Part shown: one piece after another, positions 57,975 to 64,000 of the stretch
Numbering within the stretch: the first letter of the stretch is position 1
Layout of the letters: every line of letters begins with the position of its first letter
Position numbers and translations under genes: made by a program
Notes under the pieces: model-generated
Database searches by the model: none
The model's input: only the letters and a program-made list of their open reading frames with translations
Told to the model about the DNA's origin: nothing
Assembly (NCBI RefSeq): GCF_964188315.1
Contig: NC_135668.1
Span: 30,070,001-30,134,000, forward strand
From: Podarcis muralis
Lineage: Eukaryota
DNA length: 64,000 nucleotides
Direction: 5' to 3'

Positions 57975-59605
57975 GGCGCGCTCTAGTGACGCCACGCGAG
58001 CGCGACAGCCGCTCCCTAGCCGACCCACGTGCTGGCAGCGCCTCCCTTGGAGCGCCCAGCGGAGAAGAGACTGGGCGGCCCGGGAGCGGAGCTGCTCCAC
58101 CTCCCGCCGCGCCCGCCCCGCGTGCCTTCTTGCCGGCTTCCTGTTTCTTGCAGGGGCACCTCCCGAGGATTCGTCGGTGGAGGAGGCGGTGGAAGCTGCG
58201 CTGGTGGAGGCGGTAGAAGTGAAGGAAGTCGACGGTCATGAGGGCCAGGACGAGGCAGCCGTAGAGCCCCACGCCCAACAGCGGCCCCAGCGGGCTCCTG
58301 TGGAGGGAAAGCGGGCTCAGACGGAAGGACGGGAGGAAGAGGGGCAGAGGGGAACCCCCAACACCCCCCCCGCCCCCCCCCAAGGGCATCTCACCGGGGC
58401 GCGGCTGGCGGAGCAGAAGCCGAGGCATTGCCGCGGAGCCTCTCAAATTCGGGCCGTGGGCAGCAGGACTTGAAGCGGCGAGAGGCAGCAGGCAGGCAGC
58501 AGTAGGCGTGGGTCGGGGGGTCGGTGAGGCGTGGGCAGTAGAAGCCGGCGTGGTGGAGCCCGGCGGGGTCCAGGTAGCCCTCGCAAAGGTGCACGTTTTG
58601 GGTACCAGCTGGAAAGAGGAAGCGATTGGAACAAGCTGGGTGCTCGGGGGGCTGCCCTCCCTGCCGGGGCTCGCGGGAGAATTGCGGGGAGGGGGGAGGA
58701 TACTGCTGCTCCAGCCCTGCTGAAAGCCCACACAGGAGGACCCCGGGGAGGGGGCAGGCAGGTCCAGGGACTGCCGTTTCAGCGTCTCTTCGGTCGCATG
58801 GCTATAGAGTGGTTGGCAGTCCTGTGGAAGCGGGCTGAACAGCGAGGGAAAGTATCCTAATAAATAAGGCTGCAAAGTCGCGGACACTTCTGCTAGAGGA
58901 GAACCACTTCCTGCCCTGAGCCAGATCAGACCTCTAACAACCAGTACCCAGGGTCCAGGGACATTTGTTTCCCATAAAGAGTAAAGCCAAACCCACTAAA
59001 GACTGAAAGTGACTGGTTCTGTGCTAAGGGATTTGAGGGTACCCAGTTCCAATCAGACAGATCTGCATTGGCAAGGCACAGAAGTCTGTCTGGTGAAGTT
59101 GTCCTTGGGTTGAAAGATGCAAGGAGCTGGGAAAGGTTTTCCTCATACTGACTGGGAAACTGAGCAGAGCACTTGCAGGCAAACTGGCCTATGAACACAA
59201 GCTTAACTCTCTGTCTCAAACACATTCATGCACGCACTCCAATTGTCATGCACACAAACACAGGCCCATCATTCCTTGTCAACATGCTTGGATCCTGGGT
59301 TGATTCCTTCCTCCAGCTGGTGGGACACCCCAGAGCAAGTGGCACCCTGCAAACAGGGCTTTTACTTAGCTCTAGGATGGCCCTGAAGCCCCTGAGAGTG
59401 AGAGTCTTGCTCGAAGCAGATCTGCACATGGGCTGAGAAGCCCCTGGGAGACTATAGAGACTGCAATTTCAAAGTGTGGGTTTGGCACGGCAAGTTGGAG
59501 CTCCTGGGGGGCTACTGGGCTGGTGGGGAAGGGAGAGAAGGGAGACCAGATGCAGGTACCTGTCCTGAGAAAGGCCAGCAGCAGCAGGCAGGGCAAGAGC
59601 AGCAT
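57928..59605 (-). CDS. Shisa-like single-pass membrane protein related to SHISAL1/KIAA1644 (~209 aa)
   Basis: Minus exons 59605-59560 (signal peptide [16 protein letters not shown] at -3), 58608-58395 (six-Cys domain [31 protein letters not shown]...[13 protein letters not shown] sequon), 58297-57928 ([23 protein letters not shown], basic tail). Phases 1 and 2 match, GT-AG sites canonical. C-terminal end uncertain. Confidence 0.8.
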
Positions 59606-60364
59606 CTTCCCGGCAGCGGCAGCAGTGTTGAAGGCTGAGGCAGCTCTGACTGTCTCCTCCTAGGGAGGGAAAGCAAAGAAACCACACAGAGCTGCCTGGC
59701 TCCCGCATCCATTACCGGGTACCATCAAGCACCTCCCTGCGCCATTAGGCCAGGCTGCACTTAACGGCTTGCCTCTGCAGGGACCTTGCCAAGCTGGGGG
59801 CAGGGAAGATCCATTAGGGAAGCGACCTGGCTAATGGGAGGGGCCAGAGTTTGGCCTAGTAGTGGGGAGAAACGATGTGGTCAGGAGCCTCCCCAGCGGG
59901 GTCTTCAGCTCAGGAGAAAGGCCCAGGGGGCTTTTTACACCAAGGCAGGCCTCCACTCAGAATCCAGGCACCTGCTGTGTTCAACATCAGGAAAGACAGA
60001 CAAGCACTTTCTGGGCAGCGTCCCATATTGGCGGGGGCGGGGGGCAGGTTTCTACAGAACAAACAGCCAAGAATCCAGGAGCACTTCTCTTGGGTATGGG
60101 TTTTACTGGGCTAGATAATATTCATCTACTGTAAGAATGTAAGAAGAGCCTACTGGATCTAGCCAGCATCCTGTTTTCACAGTAGCCAACCAGGTGCTGA
60201 ACCCTAACCCTGTGGGAAACCCCCAAGCTGTAGGCAACAAAAGTTTGCATTTGGCTTCCTAATAGTGTCACTGGTGTTCTTGGTTGCATTTGTAACACTC
60301 AGGGTTTTGTCATGGTCTGGAGCTACACCTTTTGATGAGGGTAACTGATTGGTCTCTAACCCTT

Positions 60365-60415
60365 GGTCTTGTCACCTGGGAGGTCTTGTCACCTGGGTGG
60401 TCTTGTCACCTGGGA
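60365..60415 (+). repeat. 17-bp minisatellite, 3 copies
   Basis: ggtcttgtcacctggg(a/t) x3. Confidence 0.9.
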
Positions 60416-63377
60416 GATAAGGACCTCTGTATGCACTGCCCAGGCTTGGGCTCCATGGAAGGTCACTTCAGAGCTACCAATGCAGCGGTTTGACTCTTCA
60501 GGAGATGTGGTTCCATTGTCCTGTTTGTGAAATGGAACTTCCCCTCCCTCTGCCTGTGTTGTCCCCTAATACCATTCAGAGTGGGGCAGGGATTCTGGAA
60601 CAGATTTAGGGGGTGCATGGGGAGAAGAAAGTGAGGAGGGAGCTCTGTGATACAACCAGAGATTCTCACACTAATGAACCTACTTTGCTGGATGCTGCCC
60701 TATAGAATCAAAACACTGATTGTGTCCATTAAAAAAAATTCCATTGTTAAATTTTAGAACATGAAACATTGGGTCAAACTGAAGAAGTAACTGGATAGAG
60801 AATCCCTCAGGCTTTGCACACAGAAGGTCCCAGGCTCGATCCCTGGTGGTATCTCCCCCGAAAGGTTTTGGGCCATAACCACTCCATACTTCATTTCCAG
60901 GAGTTCTGCTCAGATCCTCATTTCTCATTGACCGCAATCAGAATTAGATTGCATTAATCATTCATAAAGCTGGCACAAGTCCTTTCAGAAAGGTTTGTAA
61001 TTAGGGCTTTGTTTTTTCTCTTAATTGGCCATATTTCTTTTAAGGGTGGGATCTGTGCATGCTTGCCTATGTCCTGTCATACTTCCAGTTAATGATTCAG
61101 ATGACTTTGCAGTTCTACCTTTTCCACTGCCTGCTACCTGACCTTTTTGTTTTTTCCCTTGAGCTGCTCCTAGGGATTGAATCTGGGACCTTTCAATGTG
61201 CAAAGGCGGTTGCTCTACCCCCCGTTTCCATTCTTTCCTTTTGGAGGTGCATAAAACCCCATGAGGCACATCCTGAGAACTCCCTTACTGCTTTCCCTGC
61301 CAGTGGCCTAAGCCCACAGAGCTCCCAGCATGATTCTTCGTAAGGGGTGCCCCTTCACACTTCCTGCAGGATTGGCCCTTCACTGAGAGAGCTCCTGCCT
61401 TCTGTTTATACTAGGAGTTTAGGGAATAAAGAATGGGATGGGTTGGGTGCGGTGTCTCTCACCTTTTGAGCACATTTGCAAGGAGAGATGAGTCCTCTTG
61501 CCTGTCTACTGACTGTGGGGCAGGGGAGGCAGGCTTGAGGCCAAGAAGCTGCTAGCTTGCCAGGCACTGCTCCTTGCGATGAGAGACTGGCTGCTTGACA
61601 GGTGCTCCAGTCGACTTAGGAAGCCCTACCTTTGCCCTGCCACACCTCCTGATCCCCACTTGGGAACCTGCACTACAGGTAAGGACAGGGCCTGGGAAAC
61701 AACACGTGTGACCTCTTGCTCCTTCACCCATCCTTCAGGGGCTGCCACCCACCCCACAATGCCTGAGCTCAAAGGTGCCATTCCCCTCTCAAGCATCAAA
61801 AAGCAGCCGCAGCACATGAAACCAGCCTACCTATCACAGCCCAAGCCTCTCCGCAGCTGATGTCCACATCAGTTTGCTCTCCTTCTGGCCAGGGTCTCTA
61901 CAAACCCAGGTACAATCTGGTTCTGGCCGCCGTGGTGCCTGCCCCATGAGACATGGATCGCTTCCCCTCAAAGGGAAGCTGCCTTTTCTGGTTCCTATCC
62001 TGGTGTCAGTGCAGCTGTTCTATCCACTGTCCCATTGTGCAGCAAGAAGCAACCATCCAGGAGCCACTAGAGACCATCCAGCTTGTTCAGAGCATCCCCA
62101 GGAAGACTTTTCCTGGTGCCGGATCAGTACTGCAGGTGGAACGTGGCTCTGCAGTGACCAGCATGCCCACTGGACAGAGAGAGCAGCTCTCGGGCGCTGC
62201 CTCTGTCCCTTCCTGGGGAGTTGCCTGAGCTTTGGTGATGCTGGTCCCCATGACAACCAGAGGTGCCCTAGAGGCTGGTGCTGCCAAGAGGGGAGGGAAC
62301 TGGTGCCTGAGATCCCCAGCAAGGGCTGCAGTCTTGGCAGGTGCCCTATGTACGTACCTGCAGCCAGAGCGAGGCCCTCCTTAACAGCTGTACCTGGGGG
62401 GAAGGAAAGCGTCCAGGGAGATATCCTTCCCACATCTCTCTCCCCTAACCCCAAGTAAACCTAACCTTTGGTCATTAGCCAGTTACTCAAGTGAACCGCC
62501 CTGAGACCCCCCAGGTATGAAGCAATATATAAATTTGATTAATAATAGGTAACATCCCATGCACTGCTCGGGGTTACGGGTGTCATTTGGGATTCCCTCA
62601 TATTGAGCCACAATGGCTAGAGGCGGGAAGGGAGTGGCAGTGCTGAACCCCCACACTGGGCAGAATGGCTTGGGCAAATCGCAGCACAGTAAGTTTTTCC
62701 ACCTGTAAAGTGGGAATGCCGGCACCCGCTTGACAAATTGTTAAAAACCACTGGAGAGAGATTTTAAACCACCTGGCTGTACAGACAGCAGTAGACACGC
62801 TCTGTCACTGTCTTGCTTGTTCTCCCACCCCACCCCAATCCCTACCCCCTCCTGGCCACCATTTTCTTGGGACAGAGAGAAGGGGAGCAAAAAGAAGCAG
62901 AGGGGGTTCCCCTTCCCCATCCAGTTTGAAATGGCTGTTCTGGGCTGAACACTAGCATTTTGCCCTGGAAAAAGCATGAAGTGTCCAGCATGCCTTTGCA
63001 TTTTGAATCCTTCCACTGCAAACTTGAATCTGGAGGTGGGAAGGGAAATTGACAGCCAAAGTTGCTCTGGATCCATTCACAGCAGGGACATCGACACTCA
63101 AGAAGGTCTTCCTGATAAGGCAATGGCCCTCATGCACTTTTCATTTTGGAAATTAAGCGGGGAGAGGGGCATGGGCATAGCCAGAATTTTTGTTTGGGGG
63201 GACAGAACCTTTGTTTGCTATGTGTATTTATTGAATTGTATTGATTGGGGGGCAGCTGCCCCCCTTGGCTATGCCCATGGAGAGAGGGTGAGTCTCAAGG
63301 ATTTGAGAGGGGTCAAGTGGCTCCCTCTGGTCACACGTCTTCCATGACCTTTCTGCTCTGGCTTTGCAGATCTAGAG

Positions 63378-63711
63378 CAGGGGTCTGCAACCCACGGCTC
63401 CGGAGCCGCATGTGGCTCTTTTACATCTTTGCCGCGGCTCCGGGGCGGATACTAGCGAGGGGAGGAGGCGCATTGTGCGCCCCGACACTCCTCACTGTGG
63501 CGGGCGCTGTACTGGCTGTGACGTCGCATGGGGGCGGTGCGTGCGTTAGTCACACACCGTCCCGACGTCACCTTCCCGCCCGCTGTCAGATCGCGGCTCC
63601 GGAGATATATTTGTTTTAAATGTCGCAATGGTTTTGCGGCTCCCAGTTGTTGTTTTTTCTTCGGAAACGGGTCCAAGTGGCTTTTTTTGTCTTAAAGGTT
63701 GCAGACCCCTG
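63378..63711. mobile_element. Non-autonomous hAT (Charlie-like) element, 334 bp
   Basis: Perfect 15-bp TIR caggggtctgcaacc / ggttgcagacccctg; perfect 8-bp TSD atctagag (63370-63377, 63712-63719); CpG-rich interior. Confidence 0.92.
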
Positions 63712-63833
63712 ATCTAGAGGATTGTGCACACCCACACAGAACTACCCCCGCCCCCACGTTCCCTTCCTGAGATCTGGACCACGAGAAGCCAGGCCCAAAG
63801 CACAACTTGAGAGCCAAACACTTTAAAAAACAT

Positions 63834-63839
63834 TTTATT
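63834..63839 (-). terminator. Possible poly(A) signal of an upstream minus-strand gene (MAN2A2 by mammalian synteny)
   Basis: Plus tttatt = minus AATAAA near the window edge; no coding exon of that gene is visible, so the identity is inference only. Confidence 0.25.
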
Positions 63840-64000
63840 TTGTTTCCTAAAAACTTGTTCTGAACTCCAGGAAGCTCACAAGTTGTAATGTCCTTCCAGT
63901 GTTTGCTACATCGAGTCTGTCTCCTTCTTGAAGGAGCTGTGAAACGGAGCCTCCAGGGTGCGAACTTAGAGCTCTCCTTTCCTGAAAGCTGAGAGGGCGG

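Noticed and set aside
57928-58887. 319-aa unspliced minus ORF as one gene
   Set aside because: Its N-terminal part is intron and out-of-frame exon; only 58297-57928 is in the Shisa-like frame.
1583-61230. tRNA-like heads of dispersed SINE copies as tRNA genes
   Set aside because: Degenerate, attached to SINE bodies and lacking a complete cloverleaf; no tRNA, rRNA or snoRNA gene could be supported.

Overview
Vertebrate genomic DNA, most likely a squamate reptile and probably a lacertid lizard (Sauria-SINE and CR1/L2 repeat content; species not determinable by eye). It is a compact multi-exon gene cluster that I reconstructed exon by exon from splice sites and recalled human orthologue sequences: the 3' part of TTLL13 (+), NGRN (+), HDDC3/MESH1 (+), VPS33B (+, 23 exons, 617 aa), PRC1 (+), RCCD1 (-), UNC45A (-, 20 exons, 941 aa), and a three-coding-exon SHISAL1/KIAA1644-like gene (-) whose last ORF runs over the UNC45A start codon. 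Directly upstream of RCCD1 is a ~6.4-kb nest of mobile elements: a TIR element with internal ~145-bp tandem repeats, a solo LTR inside it, and an apparently intact Ty1/copia retrotransposon with 383-bp LTRs identical by eye and one 1356-aa ORF whose Gag lacks a zinc knuckle and carries Lys-rich repeats. The best leads are this copia element and the Shisa-like gene overlapping UNC45A. Most short ORFs in the track are antisense, out-of-frame or intronic noise. Homology calls rest on recalled sequences, not database searches.
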